A stretch of DNA of 64,000 bases from Salpingoeca rosetta (GCA_033442325.1 JAWQFM010000009.1:1117460-1181459); one strand, 5' to 3'. Positions 1-13,394 are shown, counted from the stretch's first letter. Translations and numbers: made by a program. Notes: generated by a model from the sequence alone, not told the origin.

Positions 1-1181
1 CGAGCGTGGCAACCGCAGATGCAGGCGACACGATCGTGCTCACGCAGCTCCTCAGGCACACGGATCAGTCTGAGGCCCCCGCCTACAACATCACCGTGGG
101 CTTGATGGTGCCAGGCGCAGCGCTGCTCACCAACGTGACGGCTGTGCGCTCGATGCAGCACACGGGCACCAACGGCACAGTCTTTGTTGAACACGCCTTT
201 GAGCAGTACGAACCAACGCCCATCATCGACCTTGGCTTGCTCAACGAAACTGATGCGGTGGTGGTGACGTGGACGTTTGTGGTGCAGCAGCGCGTGCAAC
301 CGTCAAGCACGCTTGCCTTTGCCGCAGCAGCAACATACAAGCACGGCTCCCTCACCACCAGCCGCCAAGAGACGGCCGTTATGGCTCCACTGGACGTGGT
401 GGTTCCTGGTATTCACCTGCAAGCCCCTGGCGAGGACGATGAGGGTCGGGCGCGCGACTACGGCGTCGGCGATGTCATTCACATGCAGGTTGATATGGAC
501 CTGCCTGAGGGCACGCTCCCCGAGCTTGTGGTTGATCTTCACACTACGCCTGGCACGGCAATTGTTGGTGCCAGCCTCTCTTCGCTCACAGGCCACATCT
601 TTGCCTCTGACAACGAGGGGAGCGTGGCTGTGATGCAAGGCGGCCAGGAGAGTGCGCTGCTTGGCGCTGACAGCAACAGAAGGAGACGCCGTGCTTCCGG
701 CAACGATGACGACGATGATGGCGCAATGATGAGCAGTGCTGCCAACGCCACTCAGCGGCTGTTTGATGTGGAAGCTGACGCCAACCAGCGTGTTTCAGCC
801 GTGCGCGTGCGCGTGTTCAACGTCACGAACAACTTCAACAACGTTGAGGACACCCGGGACCGCCTTGTTCTCAACGTGACGGTGGCTGTGCTGGACGACG
901 AAGCCATCTCTCGCAACACAACCGTCAATGTTACGGCAAGTGTGTCTGTGCCATGGAGCGCGGCCAGCGTGGCCGTCAGCCCGACTTACAACATTGGCGA
1001 GCCTGCGCTCAACGTTGAGACGTTCTGGGCCTTTGATGACTCGACGGCTGTTCTCGTGTTTGTGCACACGATTGCCCACGCCAACAACTCCGACCTGAAC
1101 GCAGCCAACCTCCACCTCACCTCAAACGTCACAGGTACGGCGCTGTGGGTGTATGTGTGTGTGTGTGTGTAAGTGTGTAAG

Positions 1182-1243
<62 letters not shown>

Positions 1244-4200
1244 CGAGTGATTTAGTGCTTGAGATGCATGTGAGTGTGCGAGAGTGTGCGTGTATGTGTA
1301 TGTGTGTGCGAGCAGGAGAGTATGGGCTTGAGATGAATGTGGGTGTGTGTGTACCGTCTGTTGCGCGTTCTCACGATTACCAACTGTTTGATCACCCCAC
1401 CGTGTTCACCACACAGGCACACTGATTGTGACCACGAGCAACATGACCAATGGAACCGACTGGGTGAGCAGCCACAGCCTGCGTTTTGTAGTTGCTGTTT
1501 GACATGTGCTTTGCGTGTTTCATGCTGCTTGCAAGCACGGCAAATGTCAAATTGATCGGCCTTTTCTTTCTTTGCTTTCGCTCATGTACGCACGTACGCG
1601 CGAAATACAGGATCTTCTTGTTCGCGGTGAGAGCATCGTGGCGTATCATGTGGTGGTCGTGGACAGCGCGTCGCCACAGGGTGCATCCGTGTGTGTGCAG
1701 CCGACAGTCGAGTACAACAACGCAGGAAGCAGCAGCCCGCGTGCATACGCGCAGACGGAGCACCGAGACTGCTTCAAACTGCCCGAACCAGCAAGAAGCC
1801 GGTGGCAACGGTCCATGTTTGTGACGCTCCTTGCCATTGCGTGTGGCGTGCTGTTCCTCGTGCTGCTCTTCCTTGCTGTGAGCGAGCGGCGGCGGCGTCG
1901 TCGCGGTGGGAAGAACGTGGGCAAGCTGCCCAAGCCAGCCAAGGTGATGGTGCGACCAACGTCACTGATTCGCCGACAAGGCTCAGCAGCAGCGTCGTCG
2001 CCACGCGACGCGCTTGCCCTTGGCAATGATGACGAGGACATGGACTACCTTGTTGTTGGCGATGACATTGATCACACATACGCAGCACCGCGAGGGCCGC
2101 TGATTGCGCTGGGTGATGGGCTGTACGCTGAGATTGACCAGGTGCTTGAGGCGCACGCTGGTGACGAAGAGGGTGACTACTACTGCACCATCAACTCGGC
2201 GTTTCAGGATGTGTATGAGGACATCAACAGCTTCTATGCCAACGCGCGTGTGCGGCTGCCTGATGGCACGTATGCGCAGATGAATCGCTACTTCTTCAAT
2301 GACGACGGCAAACTACGGCGCAAGAACCGTGACACGAACGATGAGCACATCTACGAAGGTGTGTTTGTGCTGCATGTGTGTGTGTGTGTTTGTGCTGCGT
2401 TTGTGAATGCTGTGTGATGGAGAAGTGCTATGTGCGACTTGAGTGTGTGTGTGTGTGTGCACACACGTTAGTCTGGGTGGTATTTGTGCTTTGTGTATAT
2501 GTGTTGTTTGTGAGTATGAGTGAGTGTGTGTTTGCCCTGATGCTGCCTTTCTTGAACTTCTAAAACCCGCCACCTTTACACCAATCTCACACTGCTTCTC
2601 GGCCCGTTTTCTCTTTCCAATGTCGCGTGTGCTTCACGCTGCAATGTCATTGCAGAAATTCCCGAGGACGATCCAATCTACGAAGAGATCAAGGATGTGC
2701 TCGCGGGCACACGGCCCCGCCAGCCAATGCCTGTCATCCGCACGAAGGACAACCGGCAGCTTGGTCTTCGCCGCGTGTTCCGGCGCAACAGCGACGGCTC
2801 CCTCGTGCCGTGCTTCTACCACGACAGCGGGCTGTATGCCGATGCTGCTGTTGTGCGCACGGAGAATGGCGAGTATGCTGACGCCTCTGACTTCTTCAAG
2901 CGAGACGGGCGCGTGTTTGAGCCGCTGTACGAGGAAGCGCACATTCTGCACGACACTGGCGAGTATGCCGGGGCCAGGGAGGCCATGTACGACGTTGCCA
3001 ACCCGTCCCATGACGAATATCTGGATGCCGATGCGATTTACGACATTGGCGAGGCGCAGGGGGACGAGCGCATGTACGACATGGGAGCAGACGTGCAGAC
3101 CGACGATCCAATCTACACCATGGGCAACGACAACGAGGAAGGTCTGGATGCCATTTATGACATGGGGCAGGAGACAGGCACAGATGCGCAGTACGCGCTT
3201 GGCAACACCGACAATGCGGATGCTGATGGTGACGCCACGTACGATGTGGGCAACGCTGATGCCGTGTATGGCGCTAGCGCAGATGACGACGACACGCTTG
3301 AACCCGTTTACGATGCCGGGCAGGAAGGACTGAACAGCGCAGATCCCCTGTACGATGTCGCCAACCGCCCTGGAACTGCAGGCGGCGGCGGCGGCGGCGC
3401 AGATGGCGGTGGTACCAGGGTTCGCAAGCGTGACAGTGAGCCAACCTATGACACCGCCACATTCCGCCGGCGTGCGTCTGATCAGCCGCCGCCGCTGAGC
3501 GGGCAGCGTCTGGGCAGTGCCGCAGACACATACGATCTTGGGGATGGAATGGCGCTTGGGGGTGGTGGAGATGGCGACGCAACGTATGACATTGGCAACG
3601 AGGAAGGGGACGCGCTTGTTGGCGGCAACAGCCATGGTGCTGGTACGACTACCGATGGTGATGATGATGCGGTGTACACGCTCGGAGACGAGATGGACGG
3701 GTTCATCGATGACCACCCACTGTCCAGCGTCGTCAGCAGCGGTCAATCCTCGCACCGCCACCACTATGGCGGGCGGTCGTCAGCGGGGCCCATGATTGTT
3801 GCACCAGAGCCATCCATCCGCAACAGAGGCGACGGTGATGATGGCAATCTCTCTGTGGCAGCGTCGAGTGACGTGTACTCCATTGCCAAGTCCGACGCAA
3901 GCCGCACCGGTGGTACCATGGGCCATCAACACCGCCACCACCAGCACCACCACCGCCACCAGTTCCACCGCCACCAGCAGCAGCAGCAGCAGCACGAGGC
4001 GACGTATGCACCATACCCGCTGCAGGATGGCGCTGATGACATTTACGACGTGAGTCCCCTCAACAACGCCGTTGCGCCGGAGGACGTGGACGAGGAAGGT
4101 GATTACGACGCGCAAACGACGAGGAAGGGCAGCAGCAACATGAGCAACGCTGGCAGCGACGGCGCTGACGATTTGTATGCGATGGCCAACAAGTTTGGAT

Positions 4201-4808
4201 ACAGCGGCGGCGGTCGTGACAGCATTGATGAGCTGCCGCTGCCGCCACCACCGCCACTGCCACTGCCCATGATGGGAGCAAACACCGCAGGCAACAGCAA
4301 CACCAGGACACGGCCGGCGAACACGTCGCCGCAACAGGAGAAGCGCGCACAGCAGCGGTACAAGCCCGTGTACGAGGCGCTGAACGAAGCAGAGGACGAT
4401 GAGAGCGACGCTGACGATGGCTACCAGCGCGCAGACAGCACAGACGAGGACGAGGACGAGGACAGCGTGTATGGCCACGGCCGCTCCGGTAGTGAGCGAG
4501 GTGACTCGTTTGACGCAGATGCGCTGGAGACGCGTGCTGGCCCCAACAACACGTTGGTTGTGAAACGCCGCGGGACACGCGACGTGGAGGACATTTATTC
4601 CGTGATTCAAAAGGCGACGACACCGCCCCCACCGGACCTGCCGTCCCGCTCGCACTCGTGCGCGTCATCGGTGGTGTCGATCCAGTCGCTTGAAGCATCG
4701 CCAAAGGGACAGCGCAGCGTGCGGCCGCCCCCACGCCTCCGAGCCCCGAGCGGACAAGTGAAGCAGAAGAGCACCATCTCCATGGAGTGGGATCCACACA
4801 TGCAGTAG
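1..4808 (+). CDS. Single-pass type I membrane receptor/adhesin (5' end outside window). DUF11/isopeptide-D2-like beta-sandwich ectodomain repeats, one TM helix, long acidic cytoplasmic tail with about 35 Tyr motifs, no kinase domain
   Basis: Spliced model <1-1134, 1417-1463, 1611-2358, 2656-4808; all GT-AG and frame-consistent. Ectodomain ADAGDTIVLTQLLRH..SEAPAYNITV and YGVGDVIHMQVDMDLPEGTLPELVV with many NxT/S sequons. TM MFVTLLAIACGVLFLVLLFLAVS followed by RRRRRR. Tail has repeated (D/E)xxYDxG and two YEEI motifs. Confidence 0.85.
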
Positions 4809-5668
4809 GCAGTAGCAGCATCCGCTGTTGTGTCTGTGTGTGTGTCTCTGTGTGTGCGTGTGTGTGTGAAAGCAGCTTGCGCGGAACACGAGGGCGGGTT
4901 GTGTGATGTTGTGTGATGTTGCGTGTGTTGTCGGGTTTTGTGACAGTGCAGCTGAGCTGTACAGAAGACATGTGTGTGTTGTGTTGTGTCGAGAAGAAGC
5001 ATGTACAAATTTGATTCATTGATTGAACAAGGTCCATCCATAGCGACAGCCAATTAAAAGTGAAGCAACAACAGAACGAACAAGGACTTGTATCACATCA
5101 TCACGAAACACAGCAGAAATGAACACCAAGCCTGCGAGAGTCGTGTGAACAAGTACATGCGAAACAGACAAGAGCATGGGAACAGAACCAGCACACACAA
5201 GCACACACACACACACACAGCCGTGTCATAGGATACATGAAGCAGTCATACATGAACACATGAATACGTTAAAATGAGCAAAACACGGACAAGGCACAAC
5301 GACAAAAGCAACACATCAGCATGCTCTGTGCCCGGAAACGAACAAAAGAACACCGGAGCAGCTGTTGAAGACAAAGCACAAACCACAAACGACTAACCAC
5401 CGGCGAGAAGTTGCACGCAATGGACAACATGTGCACACACACGCGCGCGCGGAAAGGCGCACTCGCACAACTGCGTCTCGCAGAACCACAACGACAGCGC
5501 AGAGAAAGCAAACCGCTCATGACGACTGTCACAGGGCGCGGCCTTGAACAATAGCTCGCCAGTGCACGTGTCACACCAGCGGGTCTGCATGGCTCAATCC
5601 TTTGTGTCTACACACCATTGTATCGAGTTATTCTGCGACACAACAGCGTCTGTACACCATCACGATGT

Positions 5669-5916
5669 CTACATGTCCTCGTGTCCGTGTGTGCGGAGTT
5701 GACCGAGTGGGTTGTTGAACTTGGCGCGGTCTGCGGGTTCGGGATCAGATGTCAGTGGCGCCGTCTTTTGTGCACGCGCCCTGGTGGTGGTGGTGGTGGT
5801 GGTGGTGAGGAGGAGGAGGAGCGAAGGGGGTACGTGGAGTAGGTGAGCAGACGATGAGAGGGAAGGGACGAGAGGAAATGGTGGGTTGTAGAAATTGCAG
5901 AGATTCAGTGGATGGT

Positions 5917-5977
<61 letters not shown>

Positions 5978-8150
5978 CACACATGCACTATCATACGTGC
6001 GCGTATACACAGACACACACACACTCTCTCTCTCTTCAAACCAGCAAACGAGGAGCAAAACACTGACAAGGAAAGCAAGCGTACTCTGCGGTGATAATGT
6101 CCGTAAGGAGGGTGCTGGCATGCTCCAGCCTTGCCACGACGGAAGTGGTTTGCAGCAGCTGCTGGCACGTCGCTTTGCTCTCCTCAGTGCTCGGCAGCGC
6201 AGCCTTGATCTGCAGTGCAACCCAGAACGAGAAGGGCGCCACGCCTTTCGTCGCCACGGCTGCATGCCGCATCTGAAACCGGTTGAATCTGGGGACATGT
6301 GTGTAGATTGGGTTGTGAGTGAGTGTGTGTGTGCATGTGTGTGTGCATGTGTGTGTGTGTGTGTGCGTGTGTGTGTGTTGTGAGAGGGAGAGAGAGAGAG
6401 AGAGAGAGTGTGTGTGTGTGTGTGTGTGTGAGTGTGTGAGTTGAAAGCGACCCATGTAAGTAGTTTGTGTGTGTGTGTGCTTGTGTTCCATGTGTGAGTT
6501 GATAGTTGACAACATAAGTACGGTTTCCCGGCACTTACAGGCGCGGATTGTTCACGAGGGCGAGCTTCGCGTACTCGTTCAACAACGCCTGAGAGATAAG
6601 ATGGAGCACAAGCAATGGAGGAGGTGGTGAGGGGCACAAAGGGTGGCACAAAGAGAGGGAGAGGCGTATGAATGGCAGTACGAGAGTACAAGGAACCCCA
6701 CACGCGCGGCAGTTGTGTTTAATCACAGAACAGGCGGCCATAAGCCTTAGCCACCAGCACGACAGCAATAACGCGCTTCAGGCACGCTTAGAGTTTGTAC
6801 CGAGACTGTGCGCGAGAGCACGTCGGCCTGCTTCAGGTCCTCCTTTGTCACGGGCTCATCTGAAGACAACACGAGCGAGTGAGCAGCAAGACACAGACGA
6901 AGCACAAACACAAGCACAAACACAGACACAAACACAAACACGCACACAGGGAGTGGAGGTACCTGTGAGGCGCTGGACGGTGCCTTGCCAGTATCCAACA
7001 AATGCACGTGATGCGTCTGTGACTGAGAACCGCTCCGTGAATCTGAACGGTGGGAGGAAGGCATGTTGCAGTGGCCGATGGCAACACACACGCGTGAGTG
7101 ATAGATACCAAAACAGCACACCCCACAGTCACATGCAAACACATGCAAACACATGAAAACACGTGCAAAGTACGTACAACACAAACACACACATGTAAGC
7201 ACAGACAAACACAAATGCAAACACAAATGCAAACACAAATGCAAACACACACACTCACACACACTCACACACACTCACACACACACGTGTGTGGCTGACC
7301 TCAGTTTGACGAGTTCGGATGTGTCCTCGACGTCGATATCGAGGGGTGCGGTGTTGTCGCGCTCGTGGGCAACCACTTCAGCGAGCGTGCCGACGGTGGC
7401 GGAGTACCAGTCCGTGCTGAGCGGCATGTGCTCGCTGTCCTCTTCCTCGTGCTGTACCGCCGACGGCTGTCTCACAAACCCAATCACGGGTCTCTCCTGA
7501 TCAAGGCTCTGCATCATCAGCTGCGTTTGCACACGAGCGAGCGACAGCACGGTGCGAGTGTGACATGAGTTAATTGCTTTCGCGTAGCAGCATGTGTTAG
7601 ATCAGGCGCACAAGAACAGCCTCTTCAAAAGCGCCTAACCCTCAACCAAGTGTGTACGGATGCCAACGACGATGGGTTCCTCACCTTGTATTTTGGTTCA
7701 ACCACGTGGATGGTGGCAACTTCACCGGGGAAGTAGACGTCTGACGTGGGGAACAACGGCACCATCTATATCGGCGAGCGTGCGCGTGTGTTCGTATGTG
7801 TGTGTGTGTGGATGTGTGTGTGTGTGTGTGGATGTGCGTGTGTGTGTGTGTGTGGCATGGGTTGTGTAAGCGTTGAGGTCGAAGAAGCACTTTGGAAGCC
7901 ACAAGCAGAGACATGGTAATTCAACCCAAAAAAGCGTTTGTGGGTGCGTGTGTCGTGCGGATGCGCGCTGCCTCACCCGAGTTGGCTTCATAATGTCTGT
8001 TGAGCGGAACGAGAGGTCCCCCGTAGAAGCGCTTGTCGCGCTGCTGCTGCACAGCCTGCCCAACACCAGGGCCCGCAGTCCAACGCCTCTTCTTGTTGCA
8101 CCACTCCTTGCCATTTGCATGGCTGCTCGACTTGCCGCTGGCAACGCCAT
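5669..8150 (-). CDS. Stand-alone Lon protease N-terminal (substrate-binding, PUA-like) domain protein with putative mitochondrial presequence
   Basis: Eight exons: 8150-7977, 7765-7685, 7520-7300, 7042-6963, 6859-6801, 6588-6539, 6288-6085, 5780-5669; all GT-AG and in phase. Motifs VPLFPTSDVYFPGEVATIHVVEPKYKLMM, VGTLAEVV, ERFSV..GYWQGTV, FSFWVA..QQLLQTTSVVARL match the Lon-N/LONRF/cereblon N-domain pattern. N-terminus is Arg/Ala/Ser-rich and acid-poor. Confidence 0.85.
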
Positions 8151-8579
8151 CACGCTCCCGTGTTGTACTGTGGAAGTGCTCTGGTTGTGTTGTTGTTGTT
8201 GCTGTGCGTGCGTGTATGTGTGAGTGCGCGTGTGAGCCTCAGTCGCTTCCTGCGCGTTTGCTCGACGTATGCTTCGAGTGTCTGCTTCTGCTGTGTCCGT
8301 ATCCGTTGTCTCTGCAGGTCCTCCTCGTCTCTTCGTCTGTGTTCGTCTGCGTGCAGGTTCGGTTGTGCGGAATGTGTCGTGGTTTGCTTTGCTTTGGTTT
8401 GCTTCTTGGTTTGCTTTGCTTGCTTGTCAGCGTTTGTTGCGATTCCGGATAATTGGATGACATCTTGCCATGATTTTCGACGCAGCCGAAACCCTCAAGC
8501 AAGCGCACCCTCGCCATTCACCCCAGGCGTACAGGCACAGACCGCACCCAGACACCCAGCACCTTCCTCCGCAATACAG

Positions 8580-8666
<87 letters not shown>

Positions 8667-8677
8667 TACACACGTAC

Positions 8678-11600
8678 ATGGAGGAGCGATTGAAGGAGCT
8701 GTTTGTGTGCTGTGCACAGCAAGATGGAAGAATCAGAAGAAGGGGAGGCGATAGTGGCAATGAGGATGGCGCTCCGGTGCTGGTGGCCATCGACAACATT
8801 TTGCACTACGTGCACCAGCAAGGGCTGGTGAAGCAAGCAGACCTGCCGCACTTTCGCAGCGTCCTGCAGCAGGCAGACCACGATGAGGATGGCGCAATCT
8901 CTCTGGACGAGTTCCAGCACGCCATCTACACAGCCCTCAGTGCCGCGTCTGGGTCCATGAGTGCCTCCGTTGCCAGCAACGACAACAGCACCGATGCAGT
9001 GCCACAACACGGAGACAACGCCACCGCTTCGACAGTCGAGACAGATGTCCCAAATAATCATAATGCCCAAACAACAGCAACAAAGGCCGCCTCCAACGAT
9101 ACAGCAACACCATCGGCTCTGCAGGCTTCGGTAACCAGGGGCCCACCAGCAACGAGGGTCGCTGCATCATCACAAAGCACCGGCACCCCCACAGCCGCTG
9201 TAACAACCACAACAAGCACACTGGCTTCACTGAATGACAGCAGGACGCGGCCATCTAGCCGAGAGGCGTTTGGCTCACCAGCTACCCGACGACAGCCATC
9301 TCCAGGTGCGCATGGTTGATGCGACTGTCAGTCTGTGTTGCTGTGCGTGTATATGTGAGCGTGTATGTGTGTGTGTGCAGAGTTCAATCACAGAGACACA
9401 GACACAAAACATCCACACACTAGAACACCCACCTCACACGCTCGCAGTCACACTCACACTCACACGTTCACACCCTCGCACACACTGACACTGACACTCA
9501 CACTGACACTGACACTCACACTCACACTCACTCACACCCTCCCACACCTCGCACTCACACCCTCGCACTCACTCACACACTCCTACACACACACACACAC
9601 AACATAACACACACACACACACACACTCACACTCTCGCACACACTCCTACACGCACGCACACCCTCGCACTCACACTCACAGAGCGGTTGAGCGCCAAAG
9701 TCATCTTTGATTTGTTGGATCCGGAAGGCAGAGGATATGTCAGCGTTGAGGAGCTGCAGACGCGCTGGGAGGAGTTGAGCGAAGACATCCCGTTGCCACC
9801 AATCCCAGAGAGCTTGGTGGAAGACGGGCAGCACGAGGATGTCACGGCCGAGGACCTGCTGGAAGCGTTCCAGAGCATGCACGCTGACTCCGATGGCGAT
9901 GAGGAGGCTGACGACATCAGTGATAGCCGAGGCGATGTCAGTGAGATGATGACAGACGCGGGTGCTGCCATGGCCACGGCAGCGATGACCATGACCCTGG
10001 TCAATGGGGTCTCGGCGCCATCCCCGCTCTCCCGCCGTCAGGACGGACCTCCCGTCACATCCACCCCAGCCCACCATCTCACACGACCACACCTTCCACC
10101 CCACATGGCCCAAGCACAGCAGCAAGAACACAACCAACACCACCAACACCCCCACCATCTCCACGGCACAGCCAGTCCAGTTGGTCGCGTGTCTGCGCTT
10201 TTCTCGGGTGACGTGTCATTGCATCGTTCACTGCCATCAACACCCCACAGCGCCATGGCATCGCCGGCCACGGTGCGGCGCAAGACGCCCTCGCGCCAGC
10301 GCGCAGCGGTGCTGGTGGACACGGGGGTGCGCCTGCTCCGCAGCCAGGTTGAGGTGTTGAAACAGCAGCTTGTGGACAAGGATGAGGAGGTGCGACACCT
10401 GCAGCGGGAGGTCGACGCCGCTAAAGAGGCGCTGCACCACGCGTCCGACCTTGCCGACGTGCATATTGGTGAGACGGAGAATCAGCTCAACGCGACCGTG
10501 TCGCTAATGGAGGCCAAGCACCAGCGGCAGATTGAAGACCTCAAGGCACGCCACGCAGACGCAACGAGCGCGCTTCGGCTGCAGGTGGACAGGCTGAACG
10601 AGCAGAACGCAAAGCTCGCCGGGGAGCGGGAGGAGCACGTGCGCCAGATCAAGGAGCTGCACGTCGACAGGGCGAAGCTGCTGACAGATAATCAGCTGTT
10701 GCGGGAATCCATGCACGAGCAGCACAAGGCGAGCGCCGCAGCGGCCAGTGACCTCAACAAGCAGACGCAGCTTGTTAGTCAGCTGGTGGAGCTGCAAGAC
10801 GCACATGCGCTCAAAGCGCAGCGCATCAACGAGCTCGAACTGGAAGCCGCGCAGCAGCAGGACGAAATTGCTTCCCTCAAGGTGACGCAGGCAGGGAGAC
10901 ACGTTGTTGTGTTGGTGTGGATGTGTGGATGTGTGCGTGTGCGTGTGCGTGTGCGTGTGCGTGTGCGTGTGCGTGTGCGTGTGTTGCGGGATTTGTTGGT
11001 TTCCCACATATCCTGACTCCAACCTCGTGTGCACATGCCCTCATTCCCTGTTTCTTTCTCTCATTCATGTCAATCACCACCATTCAACCACCATCAATAC
11101 GATAGAGCGTGCTTGGGGAGGTGCGCGGACAGCTTGCAAAGTCTGTGCTGGCGCAGCACGAGCAACGGTGGGAGACGACGGAGACGCTCGCGGCGGAGTT
11201 GAGCCGCATGGACAATGAGGCTGAAGAGCAACTGCGCAACAAAGCGGAGGAGATGCAGCAGGCTGCACAGGCATCGGAGAAGCGCGTCTCTGTGCTCCTC
11301 AAGGAACTCGCGAGCGTGCGGGAAACCAAGACGGCGCTCGAGGTGAGCGCTACAGAAGGAAGGGGGTGAGAGCATCCAAAGGAGGTGGTGAAGGAGAAAC
11401 AGGAGGAGGAGGAGGAGGCCACTGGCAACGACATGGTGGGTGCATTGTCCATGCGTATCTCCATGTGCTTGTTCTCCACCATTCCCATTCAAACGCGTGT
11501 GCACATGCGTGGTTCCTGCAGGAGCGTGCTGGGCGGATGCTGGCGCAACTGCGCAACCTGGTTGGCCAGCAGCGGTCGTACATCGACGAGCTGGAGACGG

Positions 11601-12460
11601 AGGTGGCGTCGAAGAAGCTGCGCATGGAGGTGCTGGCTCTCGAGCTCTCGCTGTCCAAGATTGGCGGCGGCAGCGGCAGCAGCGGCAACGGTATTAACAG
11701 CAATCAGAGGAGTGGTGATGGGGAGCAAGGGGACACATCCGGCAGAAGCGTTGGGATCGAAGCAAGTGCCCCAGCACATGGAGGCGACAGTGATGTTGTG
11801 GGTGATGGTGGCAGAGGAGTGCCTGACGCTGACGCTGGGGCGTATGAGGACTTGGAGAAGCTGTTGCAAATGGCGAGCGAGGTGGAGGGCGGCATTGCGG
11901 GAGAGGGGCGGACTGGCGATGACGGTGATGGCGACGATGAAGTGGTGGCGGCCATGTACGAGGCATTGGCAAGTCCACAGGCTGCGGCTGTCCGTGTGGA
12001 CGCCAAGCACCTGGAAAAGTGGCTTAGGCGGCGACGCGAAAGCAGGCGCAGGGATAGGAGGCGCAGCTCAAGGAAGAGTGCAAGGACATCGGCGGCAGAG
12101 CTCGTGCCTGCAGGCAAGGTGGGCCGCGACGACAGCGCGGGCGTGTCATCATCACACACACCGCGTCGACGAGCAACCTGGGCAAGGGAAGGCGGCGGCA
12201 GCCAACACAGATTGGGCAGCCGAGATCCAGCAGTGACAACAGTTGCAGACAACGTACAAAGCAGTAGAACAGCGCGAGCAAGCGCAACAGCAGCGACATC
12301 ATCAGCGTTTGCATTCGCGGGGCGCAAGATGTCTGCACCATCAGCAGTCGGTCGCCCTTTCGCTGGCTTGCACGAGTGGCTGCAGGTCAACACAGACACA
12401 CACACGCGCCGTCGATCATCGATTCAGGCCCTCAAGCAAGCGTTGCAGGGGGCATCGTGA
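8678..12460 (+). CDS. EF-hand + long coiled-coil protein (class II Rab11-FIP/ninein-like architecture)
   Basis: Exons 8678-9305, 9683-10881, 11106-11342, 11522-12460. EF-hand loops DHDEDGAISLDEF and DPEGRGYVSVEEL. Heptad-rich helical region about 10330-11640, ending LRNLVGQQRSYIDELETEV. Confidence 0.8.
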
Positions 12461-13132
12461 CACAGTGCGAGGCAAAACTATTCATCGAGGTGGAGGGGCG
12501 AGGGGGAAGTGTGTGCGTGCGTAAGTGAGTGAGTGTGTGTGTGAGAGAGTGTGTGAATGAGTGAATAAGTGAGTGAGAGTGAGTGTGTGCATTGTGTGCG
12601 TGTGTGTATTGATTGAGGAAAGACGCAGAGGGTGCGCGCATGTGTATTGTATGAAGTCGATTGTGCATTTTAATGTGCATGGACATGAATGGTTGTGGAA
12701 TACACACAAGAAGCAAGAAAAAAACAGCCAGAAGCAAGGATGTCATCTCATGTCATGTCACAAAGACACGATGAAAGACGCGTCAGCGACTGCCTTGAAG
12801 ACGAGCAAGCGAGGGCACACAACTCCCACAACGACACACGTGACACACTTGTGCAGTGTCGTTGCATGGTTCAATGGAGGTGCGCCAAATACCACACGAT
12901 TAGTACAGACGTTCAAGAGCAACAGCACACGAAAGCACGCGCCAACTGTTGCAGAGGATAATACGCAAGCGTGAGATGTGCACAGAACAAGTGCACTACG
13001 GAAATGAACAACGTAAATGCTTGCAAGAACGCATGCCAGAACAAATCCACAGGCACACACACAGATGCACACACACACACACACACACACAGATGCACAC
13101 ACACACACAAATCCACACACACACACACACAA

Positions 13133-13344
13133 CTACCACTGGCCAACGCTGGCAAGAGGATCAACGGCCACAAAGTCCTCCTCCGTCAACACCGTCTTCT
13201 TCCCATCCGCATCACCAGCATTTTTCTTCTTGCCCTTCTTGCCCTTCTGCCCTTGCTTGTCCTTCCTGCCCTTCTTGTTCTTCTTCAGCAGCGCCTTGCC
13301 AGGCCTCACTGCAAGAATGCCAGACTTGACAGGGTTGTTCACCT

Positions 13345-13394
<50 letters not shown>

